NCBI GenBank assembly: GCA_030141605.1
Contig: JAQGDQ010001127.1
Span: 1 to 60,734, forward strand
DNA length: 60,734 bases
Reading direction: 5' to 3'
From: Tubiluchus corallicola
Lineage: Eukaryota > Animalia > Priapulida
Both the position numbers and the translations under genes were made by a program. This document shows, in pieces, positions 28,388-40,460 of the stretch. How positions within the stretch are numbered: the stretch's first letter is position 1; each line of letters starts with the position of its first letter. The notes under the pieces were generated by a model, which saw only the letters and a program-made list of their open reading frames with translations, was not told where the DNA came from and made no database searches.

Positions 28388-28520
28388 GTGAAAGAATTAT
28401 TACCACACAAACTCAATTTCGCGTTCGCGCCACAAGTTCTTCGTTGTTACGTGCATTTCGTCATTTACTAGTTAGACGGGCACTAGCGCATGCATTTCGG
28501 AAACGCGTTGCACAAAAACA
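28388..28520 (-). promoter_or_regulatory. Candidate internal CtBP promoter and non-coding first exon
   Basis: CpG-rich patch containing an E2F-like TTTCGCG, ending in a donor cac|gtaagt at 28388/28387. Inference only. Confidence 0.35.
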
Positions 28521-29539
28521 GGTGCTGTACCTCTCAGTTCAGATGTTTTAGTTTGTGACGAACTACACACGTTCGACACCTCATGCATGAGCACAGCGGT
28601 AAATTTAAAACTTGAATTTTTATCTTAAAACCTGCCTAGTTTTAATACGACACACTGAATATCTTACATTAGCACTGTACTTCAATTTTCGCTTTCACAA
28701 ACACGTGCAACACGCTCGTTGAATATTTTTGCTGTTGAAGATTATGTTAGTTTGTGATGTCATAAATAGTTGGGCTCGACTGCCGTTAATTAGGTTTTTA
28801 ATCTATTATCTAATTATCAGAAACGCTTTTGCAGTATTAATTGTGTTAAAATTTATACTTTTTATTGGACTTGAAAATGGGGTAGCATATGAAAAATTAT
28901 CTTGTCTTTCTATAAATCAATAAGCATAATAATTTTCATAATTTCCTTTAATACATAATCGGAAAGTTTGGTCAAGGTCTCGATTTGGCTAAATAAGCAA
29001 AAGTAAGCAAAGTTTACGAGCCAGGTAGATAGATAGAGAGCTTCAAGGTAACTCGAATGCCCGAAAAACAATTATTATTTCAAATACTTTAACAAAATCG
29101 ATGATAAAGCGATATTCGAATCAATCATTGTAATTATAGAGTTTCGGAAGGATTAAAGTCACTCCGTAGAGCTATGAAATTCCAGCAACTATCAGTCCGG
29201 CGGCACTGTCTCTCTCTGATTATGCAAAAATCTAACCCTACTCATCTTGGATCGTGCCTGGTGTTATAAATTGCATTCGAGGGTCGCTTATAAAGTATTA
29301 AATTTAAATTTTATTGCTATATAAAATAGTTGCTAGGCAGAATCACACCGGACGGACGGGGACTGTTAGTTTAATATCAGTCGAAGGACGACCGTTATTA
29401 ATAATAGATATTTTTAAAGCCTGTCTGCCGGTTTGACAGTATAAATTACTATTAAATTAAAAAACCTGACTAGCGGGAAAAAGTACGGGTAGGGTTAGGT
29501 AAAGTAGGTCATGATCACCGTTGGTCCATTAAGTAAGGC

Positions 29540-29625
29540 TATATAAATGCGATGATGGCGTGATTTGAGCTTTGTCCAGTCATCAGATCTGTTACCTGTT
29601 CTTAAATCACACTCCAGTTCAACAG
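29540..29625 (+). promoter_or_regulatory. TATA promoter and short non-coding exon 1 of the nested gene
   Basis: TATATAAA at 29540-29547, Inr-like TCCAGTC at about 29575-29581, and a strong donor CAG|gtaaga at 29625. Confidence 0.6.
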
Positions 29626-30253
29626 GTAAGAAGTTTTTATAATAACTGTGGGCTTACGTGGTTTGTCATTTAAATTTGCTACATTTTTGTATATGTTGCA
29701 ATTGTGGGTGGTTAATGCTAAACAAGTTATAAAGTTTTAGAACTATTATTTATTAATTGATATTTATTGAGTTTAATTAAATGATCAATTGGGTGAACAG
29801 GTTCAGGTAAAGTTAAAGTGGCAATGCAATAAATTACTCACCAAAGTAATTCATTAATTTTTATGCAAGTTTACACTCTCAATGTTCAAAATATTTTTTA
29901 TCGAAATACGATTTATATAACTATAAATCATCACGTCCCATTTTGTGAAATAAGATTTAATTTTCAAGTTGGTGAAGTTACAGTTGAATGTGTGTCAACG
30001 GTCGAAAATGCCTTTTTACCTTTTTTCGTAAACTTTGTTCATGCCGAGAAACAGAAAAAGGTTTTTAACTTTAACTTGGTTTTTAAGATTTGTATTCCAA
30101 AGAAGTGAAGGAACTGACGTTAAATTTAGACTGCAATATTTATCCCAACTTAAATCGCTTGTTAACAGTCTGTTAATTATATGTTAAGTTAATCACTTTC
30201 CTGTTAAGTGATTAACAGGTGTATCATTTAAACGACGCCTGGCCTCAAAGTCT

Positions 30254-31320
30254 ATGAGGTCTGCCACGTGTCGTTCAGGTGGTACTGCTATTAATCACTT
30301 ATTTTATGCCGACGATCTGTGTTTAATTGCTCCCTCTACACAGGTACTACAAAAGCTTGATTGCTGTGAAGAATATACTAACATAATGATATTACAATTA
30401 AAGCTTCGAAAACGAAAACTGTTTATTTTATTCGAAATGCATTTAGGAATGTCAGTGTTGCTAAACGTAACTTTGCAAGGAGAACCGATTGAACTCGAAC
30501 ATGAAACAAAGTATCTTGGTCTCATAATTAACGATAATTGTAAAGATGATGCTGATATTTAAAATCAATTGCGCCTGTTTTATATTTGATTCAATATTCT
30601 TTGCAGAAATTTTAGTGTTTGCTCTGTTGATGTCAAACGTGTTCTGTTTAAATGTTATAGTTCATCTTTTTACTGTTCTAACTAGGGGTGAGCATTCTCT
30701 ACCAGAAAGCGAATTCGAATCGAATCGAATTTGTGACTTTCGATTTCGAATCGAACCAAACTTCAGTATTTCGAATCGAATTCGAATTGAGTTTGAAAGA
30801 TTTTCGAACAAGTTTTCGAACCACCGGTAAAAATTAGTCTTACAAAGATCATGCATGTTCTACAGTAAAACCACTAATAATTTGTTTAAAATTGTGCACA
30901 GAAATCACAGCTAAATTATGCTAATTGCATGATGTCTCAATCGTTTTAATGATAAAGAGCGTATGTGATGAAGTGCTGAATTATTCAAATCTATAGTTTA
31001 CGTTCGAATCGAAGTCGAACTAAAAAAACTTGTTCGAATCGAATCCGAACGTTCGATGCTCACCACTAGCTCTAACATCTTGCTACTGAATTAGAAAATT
31101 AAAAGCGGCCTACTATTTTGCAATGACGAAGTTTTTTTACAGCATTTAGAACATGTGCAGAGAATGGCTGTAATCATTTTAAAGTGATTATACGTAAACA
31201 TACTTTTATATCTCGCCAGCGGGTTTTAAATTCAAGCAATGAAGTCATACGTATATTTATTCTTAAAATTAATGTCATTTTAACTTCGAAATTTTTTGCC
31301 CATAGGGAAAATATACTTCT
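30254..31320 (+). mobile_element. Decayed, 5'-truncated non-LTR retrotransposon (RT domain), interrupted by a MITE
   Basis: HLFYADDLCLIAPS (RT YADD motif) and KYLG; frameshifts and stops follow. Confidence 0.8.
30683..31068. mobile_element. hAT-like MITE with TTCGAA subterminal repeats
   Basis: TIR taggggtgagcat / atgctcaccacta (12/13 match); 8-bp TSD gttctaac / gctctaac (7/8 match). Confidence 0.85.
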
Positions 31321-32433
31321 AACGCTTTTTTAAAAAATTAACTTACTAATCCTAAGTTCTTTGTGTAAAAAGCTTCTGTCTCGTAGCAATATTTTTAAAC
31401 AGTGATTGTAAGTAAGTTTTGTTTAGCGTTCAGAGGTAGTTTTATATGCGGAAATAAACGTGAAATAATAAATAAATAAACAATAAAAACTTTTGCCACA
31501 ACAATCAAACTTTACTAGTCGTTCTTGATTGCTGTACAAAAGATTTTCAGACTGATGGTGAATGCACTATTTCTGTCTGATGAGACGTGTCACATGATTA
31601 GTTAATGGTTCCTAAAGTCTACACGAAAACGCATTGTGATAGTTCATTACCTCATTTACCGTACTACGAATAGTACTACTAGTACAGTACAATGTGTTTA
31701 AGTATTTTATAGCATTCAGCGACCCTGATAAATGAAAACGAAACGTTTATAAATTTACAAGGTTTTATTGCGAGATGCTGTGAAATATTCTAGGTCATCA
31801 GGTCAAGATTAGAGTTTGGTGGCTTTTTTACACTAGCTACATGTACTAGTTTTTACCTCTGGACACCATTCTGTGTAAAAGAAACGCCAAAAATACCTAT
31901 GGAGATTCTTTTCGCTAAATTTACGACTTTGTTTCATTGTACTACAGACCTTCAGTTGCTTATGACGTGAACGTAGACGCAAAATTGACTAATGAAGTTC
32001 CTTTGTTCGACCAGATTGAAAAACGTTAACTTTGTATAGCAACTATCTCACATTCCTTGTTTAATATTAAAAAAAACATTCTTGGCTGTTGGCGGTCATA
32101 ACCTAATGCAACAATAATAATTACAGCTTTAAATTCAAGGTGGCAGTTACAGTTACACAGGTATTACATAAGCCTTAGGCCTAAGGTGTCAGCATATGAA
32201 TTGTACCCGGATCATACGTCTGTTTGTCCATCACAAGAAACACGTCCATACACTACTTTTAATTTAATTTCATTTATTTCCAGGGGTGACAACATTACAG
32301 TGTGTTGGAACTGTCAACGTATTGCAATTTACAATTTTGTTTCAAATTTATGCTGTCTGTTAGCCGGAATAGACATGCTTAATCAGTTATTGAGTGGTTT
32401 ACAAGCTAAATTGTTTAATGGTTTCAGGGCGAT

Positions 32434-33431
32434 ATGGGGTTGACCGTAGCAGTTTTCCTTGCTTTGGCGCTTGGGCTTTCAACAGCTCAGTCGATTCTTG
32501 ATTCTAACCAAATATCCTTCCAAACTCGACGATTCTCTGGCAATGCAGTGGAGACGCCTGGACAATTTCAAATTCTTGGCCGAGGAGGAGGCTCCGGGCG
32601 AACCGGCTTCACTTTTACTTCTCGCGGTGCTGGAGTTGGCACTGGCGGCAGCTTTCAGCAGATTGGAGAATCTGGGGGTTTAACTGGATCATCCTTTGCA
32701 ACCCGAGGACTAGGATTTGGACGAGGATCACAAGGGCTGGCTGGAGGATCCTTTTCGACCGAAAGAATTGGATTTGGACCAGGATCACAAGGTCTGACTG
32801 GACGATCATTTTCTACACAGGGAGTAGGTGGAGGCTCATTCTCTCAGACTGGTGGAAGCTTTGGTACTGGAGTTGGTGGTACTGGAACGGTAACTGTAAC
32901 GGGCGATGTCTCAGATAGGCGTCTTATTGGTGGTCAAGTTGGGGAGACTGTTCGAATTGAAAGGGAAGATGAAGATGAACCTGTAGTAACCATTGCCGAG
33001 ACAAGAGAAACCAGGACTTTTGACTTTCCCCGCCAAACCATTGCGACAGACGGCAGAGATACTGGTTTTCAAACCGATACACGTGTGATAGGAGACGCTG
33101 GAAGAGTACCAGTTGGAACCAGCTCAATCAGACGCTTCAGTTTCGAACGACCGACATCAGACGTACGTGTCGCTAGAACTTTCATTCCTGCCCGAGCTCA
33201 AAAGGTTCAAATAGCCCGCACGTCTCCAGTCGTCGTCACTGAAGAACCAGCTTTCTTCACGACCACTCGCTATGGACCAGTCAGCAGCGGAGGTTTGAGA
33301 GGATCTGGAGATCGCTCAAGTAGCGTCAGCTACACGAGAGCGGGGCAAGCTACTGGAAGTTTGTTCAGCAGAGATAATGCTGAAGCTACTGAAACTGCGT
33401 CAAAGACTCGTGGTTATGAATACAGATATAG
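32434..33431 (+). CDS. Nested gene, main coding exon: secreted Gly-rich low-complexity protein (possibly cuticle or extracellular structural protein)
   Basis: Acceptor gtttcag|G at 32427/32428 and ATG at 32434. The 333-codon open frame is GC-richer than its flanks, has a signal-peptide-like start (MGLTVAVFLALALGLSTA-Q) and 19-aa GLxGxSFxTxxxGFGxGSQ repeats. Donor AG|gtaata at 33431. Confidence 0.88.
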
Positions 33432-33972
33432 GTAATAATATCTTTCAGTTAAATTAACTATTAACAACAAATGCAATAGACAATACAGATACAAAATTAA
33501 AAATAATTGCCAAGTGGCTTTTGAATTCTCGCAACTGGTACATCCAGCAGTGAACACATATCAGTGCAACTCGCGTCAATAAGAGTAGAACATTTAATTT
33601 ATTATTGCACTGATATCTCGGCAGTCGGTATAAATGAATTAGTTTGCAAAATTTCAAAAATATAGGCCTAGGTAGCTGGGTTTACCTTCACAAATGAAAA
33701 CCTGATAATTTGGCAAATGTAACAGTACAATATTATGTAAAAATGCATTTGTTCCAGCGCACACTTCGTATTTCATGTTTTTCTTCAAATTTTTAGGTAA
33801 TCTCAAATATTAAAGCGTACATACTTTTGCTTTGATTAAACAAAATGGAGATTTAACAAATACAATATAAAATTTGTGTTCGTGTTTCATCAGATTGAAC
33901 AATTGGGCTGCACTTCTTAGTTATGGTTTTCTGTGTGGAGCGTCTCACATAACTGGAATTTTTTTCTTTTAG

Positions 33973-34075
33973 GGAAGGCCACAGCTACGAGCAGCCAAGA
34001 ACACTGTACCGCTATGACATCGAGGAGCCTATCTGGGGCTTTGCTGATGTGGACAACATTTACAGGGGAGAATAA
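33973..34075 (+). CDS. Nested gene, terminal coding exon (absent from the ORF track)
   Basis: Acceptor tttttcttttag|G in phase 2, matching the 33431 donor. Gives (R)EGHSYEQPRTLYRYDIEEPIWGFADVDNIYRGE*; total 366 aa. Confidence 0.75.
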
Positions 34076-34902
34076 GATATGGCAGCTTGGCTAAACAAGA
34101 CATGGAAAATCACAATTACGACAAAAAACTTTTGTTTCCAATGAAAGTCAGCTTAATTTCTCAATTTTGTCAAACAAGTAACACTAAAACCCTCAATTAA
34201 AAGCAACTAATCGAGTAACTACCGTCTTGCGAATTACAAATTTGTTATGTCCTGTGCCTGACGCTACCCCTCCCTACCCCTCCGAAGGTGTGATAGAAAA
34301 GTAGTAAGCTAAATCTCATTGATTGAAAGGATTCTTACATACACATGCCAAAAGTGACTCTATTAAAATTCACCACTTTCTTGAATTTTGTCACGTGTGC
34401 GCAAATCTGTTTCTTGAGAGCTTGTTTTGCGAAAACAAAATACGACACTTCTACTTTCTCCTTCTTGTCACTCCCATATTTCTCCTTCTTCTTATCAATG
34501 TAACTTTGGCTCGCGAAGTCTAAACAGTCTGGTCTAAAAAGGTAGCGCAGTAAATTATATTCATTTGTTTTTAGCACTTTCATTGGAAGCAATTGAGACA
34601 CAGACGGGAAGTAGAACCAGACTCTGGTCGCTGCTTCTATTGTACATAGCTATTAGTTGAATTATTAGAGTAAATTAAATTAACATTTTAATCAGTGGCC
34701 TTGTGGGTTGTTGCAATTACTGTGATATTGAATGAAAATAATTATGTGATCTTGGTAAACCGGTACTTCATTAAATTTGCAGACATTACAAACTTGTTTT
34801 CGACATGATGGCGTAAAATTTTGTTGTTATTTTCCGTTCTCGAGTTTCAAAAAAATGTTTTTAAAAAGATGTTTCATTTTCCAGTTACAGAAAGTTGTTC
34901 AG

Positions 34903-34950
34903 AATAAAAATCTGCTAATCAGAACAAATCTTTCTTTTGCGTTTCTTTAC
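34903..34950 (+). terminator. Probable polyadenylation signal of the nested gene
   Basis: AATAAA at 34903-34908 followed by a U-rich downstream element (tctttcttttgcgtttcttt). Confidence 0.45.
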
Positions 34951-35028
34951 ATGTAGCCTAAGCTTAATGAAAGTTTTCGCCCTTAACATAAGTATACACT
35001 GTATAATAGCCGATTTATAAATACATTG

Positions 35029-35032
<4 letters not shown>

Positions 35033-35082
<50 letters not shown>
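35033..35082. repeat. Compound (TA)n(GA)n microsatellite
   Basis: Read directly. Confidence 0.95.
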
Positions 35083-35349
35083 TCATGCATGTTGACATAA
35101 ATGGGCCTTTGAGTGTAAGAAGCAAAAGAGTCAAGGTGAACAAATCCGCTGGGGTTTTGCTAGTCATTTTAAAGCCGATAAAAAACTAAATAAGCAAATA
35201 GTAGTAACACATGTGTAAAATGGGCACTAAAAAATAGTAATGGCTCTTCCTTACTAATAAACAGAGGACCACATGGAACAGCTATTATTTCCAACATTTG
35301 CATTCATTAATTTTATTTTAATAATCATTTTGATGATCAAATTAAACTG

Positions 35350-35720
35350 TAGATTTCTGTCATTTTCTTAAGCGAAGTTTAGTAAGTAAATGTTAATGTG
35401 TACAACAATGCCATTATTCAAAATCCATCTAACGCATGAAAAGAAATTTTGGCAAAACTTGGCAGCAAATCTGCTGCTCTAAAAGTAAACTCTAGACTCT
35501 GTAATAGCTTACAAGCTCCTTTGACTAAGTCAGAATTTTTCAACTATTGAGCACTAGGAAAGCCAGAAGAGAATCCACTTAAATCTGACAAATTTGTTTC
35601 ACTAAGCCAAGTCTCAGCTACTCCGCAGATATGAGCTTACCATCCAATGTAACATGGTCTCCAGATACCTCAGATCCTAATGCTTCAAACGGGCAGAGAA
35701 AGTCGACCAATTACAGGTAG
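35350..35720 (-). mobile_element. Decayed LINE endonuclease (APE) fragment
   Basis: The minus strand near 35600-35635 reads ICGVAETWLSET, the ETWL motif of LINE APE domains; no long ORF remains. Confidence 0.5.
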
Positions 35721-37114
35721 AATAAAGCGTATTGCTCAGTACTGAATGTCCACTGAGTGCAAATGCTAATCATATAAAAATCTGGTTGCAAAACTGACCA
35801 TTAAAACCCTGCTCACACTGACAGAAGACCTCACTACAACCTTATTTGGTCAGGTCTTCACCAGATCATAATGAGATTTTTTAGATCTTAGTTACAGCAC
35901 AGTTAAAATGACTAGGAATGCCTTGTAGTCTTAAAGGTCTTCAAGGCTGCGGAAATTTTTTTTAGTATGTTCAAAGTTGCCATTGAGAGATCGAGGTAGG
36001 AAGACACAGGCACAGAAAGCAACATGAATGTTATTCGGATGGTGTAGTAGTATTATAAGCATCTTAAATTCATTATAGATGTTGTATCATCGCACTTGCA
36101 TCGTGTTGTAATTTCTGAATTTTTGTCTGCATCTTTTAATATGATGCACGCACATCAAATGACAATGCGAAAAAAGTAATTTTGTATTTCACCAGCATGG
36201 ATGAAGTAATTCTTTTTATTTTGCCATGATCTTTGGAAACCTAACCACGATCATCGAATATTTTTTATTTTGGGGAGTCGCAGGCTGGTCTTCTTGGTCA
36301 GCAACTGGTGTGACAGAGGCACAAATTTGTAGAGCACTAAGCAATTCACTCACCTTTTGTAATGCAAGCTAATGGTTGCTGGGTCAACACCGAGTACAAC
36401 ATTTAGAACCTATATCAAGCAAATCATGCAAAAAGTCAAACATGCGACATCAAGTCACTATCATGAACAACAATGAAACAATTAATTTAAAAAATGATAG
36501 ACAGAATGAGAGGAACTAACAGGAAATGTCTTTAAAATCTTGAACTGCATTACTTATGTTTACTACATACGTATAATACAACAAAATCTCAAAGCACTGG
36601 TATAAATGAAGCCACATTAAATACACCCTTCCCTCTGTGAGTAAATGGCCAGAGAAGAGTAAGCTCATGACTCTTGCAGTTCTCCAAGTAATCACCCATC
36701 CACTCACAGATGTGATTCAGCAATGCTTAACTTCAGTTGCAAATTACATACCAATACCTCTCAAAAAGGTCTCATTCAATGCTAAGCAATTTCATATAAC
36801 TATGTAGCTGATGTCAGCAAATGCATAAACCACATTATACATAACACTGAACAAAAATGCACATAATATAAAAAAGTTTCATCCAAGGCTAAGAACTGAA
36901 GCAATCGTGCCAAACTTACAGCAGCTCAGGCAACTTGGCACGTACATGTTTCACATACATGCTACATGCACTCCAAGAAAAAAAATGGAAGCTTATAGAT
37001 ACATAAGATCTACAAGCAAAAGTAGCCTAAATAAAGCTGTAAGCAAACCATAACTAGTAATCCAACTCTTGAATATTAAATTTTCGCAACAAAACTAAAA
37101 GACAAAATTCTTAC

Positions 37115-37273
37115 CTGACTAACAATCGTTTCTTCAGTACGACCAATGGCTAGTAACCACCGCTCTCTCAACACTGCTGGTTTCTTTGGTACACGGTAAA
37201 AATGACGATTGTCCTCGGAACCCCGATATCGAGAACGAAACTTGCAGTTGGGAAATCCACATGTTGTAGGCAT
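37115..37273 (-). CDS. CtBP: CtBP coding exon 1 (N-terminal half of the THAP zinc finger); the exon probably starts at the acceptor at 37306
   Basis: MPTTCGFPNCKFRSRYRGSEDNRHFYRVPKKPAVLRERWLLAIGRTEETIVSQ has the THAP M-x3-C-x4-C start with F..P and W, and closely resembles the C. elegans CTBP-1 THAP N-terminus as I recall it. Donor CAG|gtaaga, phase 0. Confidence 0.9.
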
Positions 37274-38269
37274 TCTCACGTTGCACAAACAGACACTTAT
37301 CGTATGCTGAAACGATAAAAATGTGATACATTAGGATGTTGGTGGGAAGTTGCGGAAAATGCGGACCATTCTGAAGTAGGCGTTTCATTATTATGACTAC
37401 ATATTTAGTTAGAATATTTGTTTATAAATAATAGCCAACAAAATACATCAGGGGATAAGCATTACTTGTAAGTCATACCTACAAACAAGGTGAAGTTTCC
37501 ATAATCACTTGATTAATTCCAAATTTGGTTTTAGCAGGTTGTATGGATTATTTGCTATTCAAGTATAAACTCGAAATTGAAAAAGGTTTTGCAAGCTGTT
37601 ATATTTGAGATCATACTATATCTATAGATATATCTCGCTTTAGATTTATAGATTTAAATATATAGATTTATCTCGCTTTTCCTGAAATTAGTCATTTAAT
37701 TAGTACACATGTATTCACGGTATTTCCACAAATTGGAGTTATCATACGTTCCTAAAAAACGCTATTTAAAGTAAAACAAAAGCAATGGCTCTACATCACT
37801 GAAAAATAGTGCATAATAATATACAAACAAAACTGAAAACTCCTGTAAGCAATAACAATGCTAGCATATTAAAATGTGAGCTATGTCACTCACCAGTTTC
37901 AGAAAACGCGGCTAAAATAAGTTACTCAGCGGCGAAATGAACTTTTTAAGGTGGATGATAAAGGAAGAGCCACCAAAATGAATTACTTCGGAATCTGGTT
38001 TATTTTTAAATTCCGGGTTTTAGTGTGACAAGCATCCCACATGGCTTTTCACCAATCAATCGTACAGGATTATGCCTGTAGACTACTACAGGAATTAGTT
38101 TAAAGAGGAACTCCTTAGACTAATTTAATAACTACTGCACTGAGATGTAGCAAAATGTGTAGGTCTGTTTTTACCTACGCTCATATAAGTACATGACCGA
38201 GTCTGTGAGGAACTGCCAAAAAAATCAATGATTTCTAAAGCTGAGATGTAGATTCAACTAGATTAGGTT

Positions 38270-40460
38270 CTTTGTGAAATTACGAGCATTTGTCCAGGGT
38301 GGTGCATGTTTTGAAATGGTACAAAGAAAAGTAGCCAGACTTGCATGCAAAAACTGCACTAAGCAGCTAGGAGTCATTACCAGTCTACTGTCCCAGCTGC
38401 AGTGGGAAAGCTTAAAGATCAGTTGTTACCAACCTATTGTCACAGCTGCAGTGGGAAAGCTTAAAGATCAGGAGTCGTTACTAATCTACTGTCCCAGCTG
38501 CAGTGGGAAAGCTTAAAGACCAGGAGAACTAAAGGTCTCCTAATTCTTTTTTACAGATAGTTTACAACATAGTTGATATACCAACCAGCAAATATCTTCA
38601 GATTCAACACTCACGAACTCATCAGCACAACATCATCAAGCAGTGGCTATACGTGGCTAAAATTACTGGGGGTGCTGCTTCAGAAAATTTTTAGCCATTG
38701 TTTTAATACTGTGTAAAAAGAAATAAACATATATAATTTTAATGTTGTAATTTGTATTTGTAATTTCAGACAAACAAACATACGAAAATTTATGCATAAA
38801 CTTGATAAAATCCTAAACAAAAAACATTGTTAGCTTACGAATTGCCTAATGTTGTTGCAGTTCAAGATTATATATAAATGCCGATTCACGGCTTTTAAGC
38901 ACATGACAACTATCAACACACACTGCGTGAGTGACAGTACTCTTTCTACCTAAAGTGCAGCGTCTTATCTCAGACATGTGCACATGGCTGCATGCACACA
39001 ACAGCCAAAGACCATATTGCTTGAGCTGTGAGTGTACTGTGCTGGGGCTGTGAAGCAAACAGTACTACCCTCACATGCTCTGGTCCCGTACAAGTACAAA
39101 GAAAGAACGAAAGAAAAAAGACTTATTATATTGAATATTATCGATACTATTGAGTGAAAATAGGGGGTGCTGCAGTTCCATGGTACCTATACACGAGCCG
39201 CCACTGCTTTCAAGGGCTTCAAATGTCTACTGTACAACTGACATCTAACATAATGTCAATCATTTTAGTGGACTGCCCAATCAGCGTGCAAGTTATTTTG
39301 CACCCCTGCAGAGCTTAATTAATGCAGGTACGTTCGGGACATATAGCAACAGCTGTGTCTAATACTAAAAAGTGCTCAACTTTTCATTAGTTAGCGGGAG
39401 AAATATTAGCCTGGCTCTATTATTATTATTGGAAATTGAAATTGCGAGTTAGTGGAAATATATAGCCTAGTTTCGTTTATAGGAAGAAATGCACAACGCT
39501 TACGTCTATGAGTTGCTGATTAAACCATTTCGCAATCAAGAAAATACCCAGTTTAGTTTAGTTTGGCTTTGGAAGTTAGACAAAAACAACTATTTGATTA
39601 ACTTTAAACAAAGACAAAACAAAATGTTTTCTTTTCTGGCCAGTTTTATAAACCTCAATGAGATCTTCACAGTCAAAATTAATTCAAATGTCGTCAAAAC
39701 TTATATTATACATCAATATAATATTAGCTAATTTTACGCTAGTTAATTATAATATTAGCTAATTAATTTTTCTGGTTATAATCATGATTAAAGGATGCCA
39801 TTGGGACTTATGTGACTTGGTCATTCAATATAAGGGTCGTCTATAGAATGGAACTATCGAATTTATTCCATTTCTGTAGCCTGACAAATGGAAAAATATA
39901 AAAACTAAATAAATCTGGCAGACGAGCACATGATCAGTTAATATAGAAAAATACAGCTCAGGCATGATGTTCGTATGTTTTTAAAGGCAAGAGCGATTTA
40001 ATATTTTTGTTACTCATTTATTGTAAAGCAATGTAAAATGGCTTAGTTTCTTTATTATACTTATGTCTCTGTATTTTGAAGTGCTTTGAAACTTCGTCTC
40101 TACATTCTGTTTAAATTGAAAAGTCATTTTTTGGCTACTTAAAGTGTTAATTTTGTGTAAAAATGGCTGCTGCCCTGCAAATTAGTGTTTATGAAAAAGT
40201 GCAATCAGTTTACCTGTTAATTAGACATTAGTTGTGACTGTTATGATGTTTAGTTTAGTTTAGCTTAGACTGTTGTTGTCCTGCGTGAGCTGTTGTCCCA
40301 AATGGTGCTGAGTGTGCTTACGTTACAGTGGGGGCAGAGCGAGAGACCAATATGTTTGACGTCAATTCCACAGTGGAACTCACTGCCAGCTATCATCATT
40401 AAATCTCTTTCATTAGAGAGTTTCAAGGTTCTGCTCCATCCTCTTTCCACATTTAAAACA
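38270..40460 (+). mobile_element. Fragmented LINE 3' region interrupted by later insertions
   Basis: EMVQRKVAR...ITSLLSQLQWESLK (with a ~50-bp local triplication) and WNSLPAIIIKSLSLESFK at about 40375-40430 are typical ORF2 C-terminal motifs. Joining the pieces into one element is inference. Confidence 0.55.
38641..39206. mobile_element. hAT-like MITE inserted in the LINE
   Basis: Termini cagtggc...gccactg with subterminal gggggtgctgc; flanks tcatcaag / ctttcaag (5/8 match). Confidence 0.65.

Noticed and set aside
37115-37273. THAP exon as a P-element transposase remnant
   Set aside because: No transposase core or TIRs nearby; intact splice phases link it to CtBP, and it matches the CtBP-type THAP.
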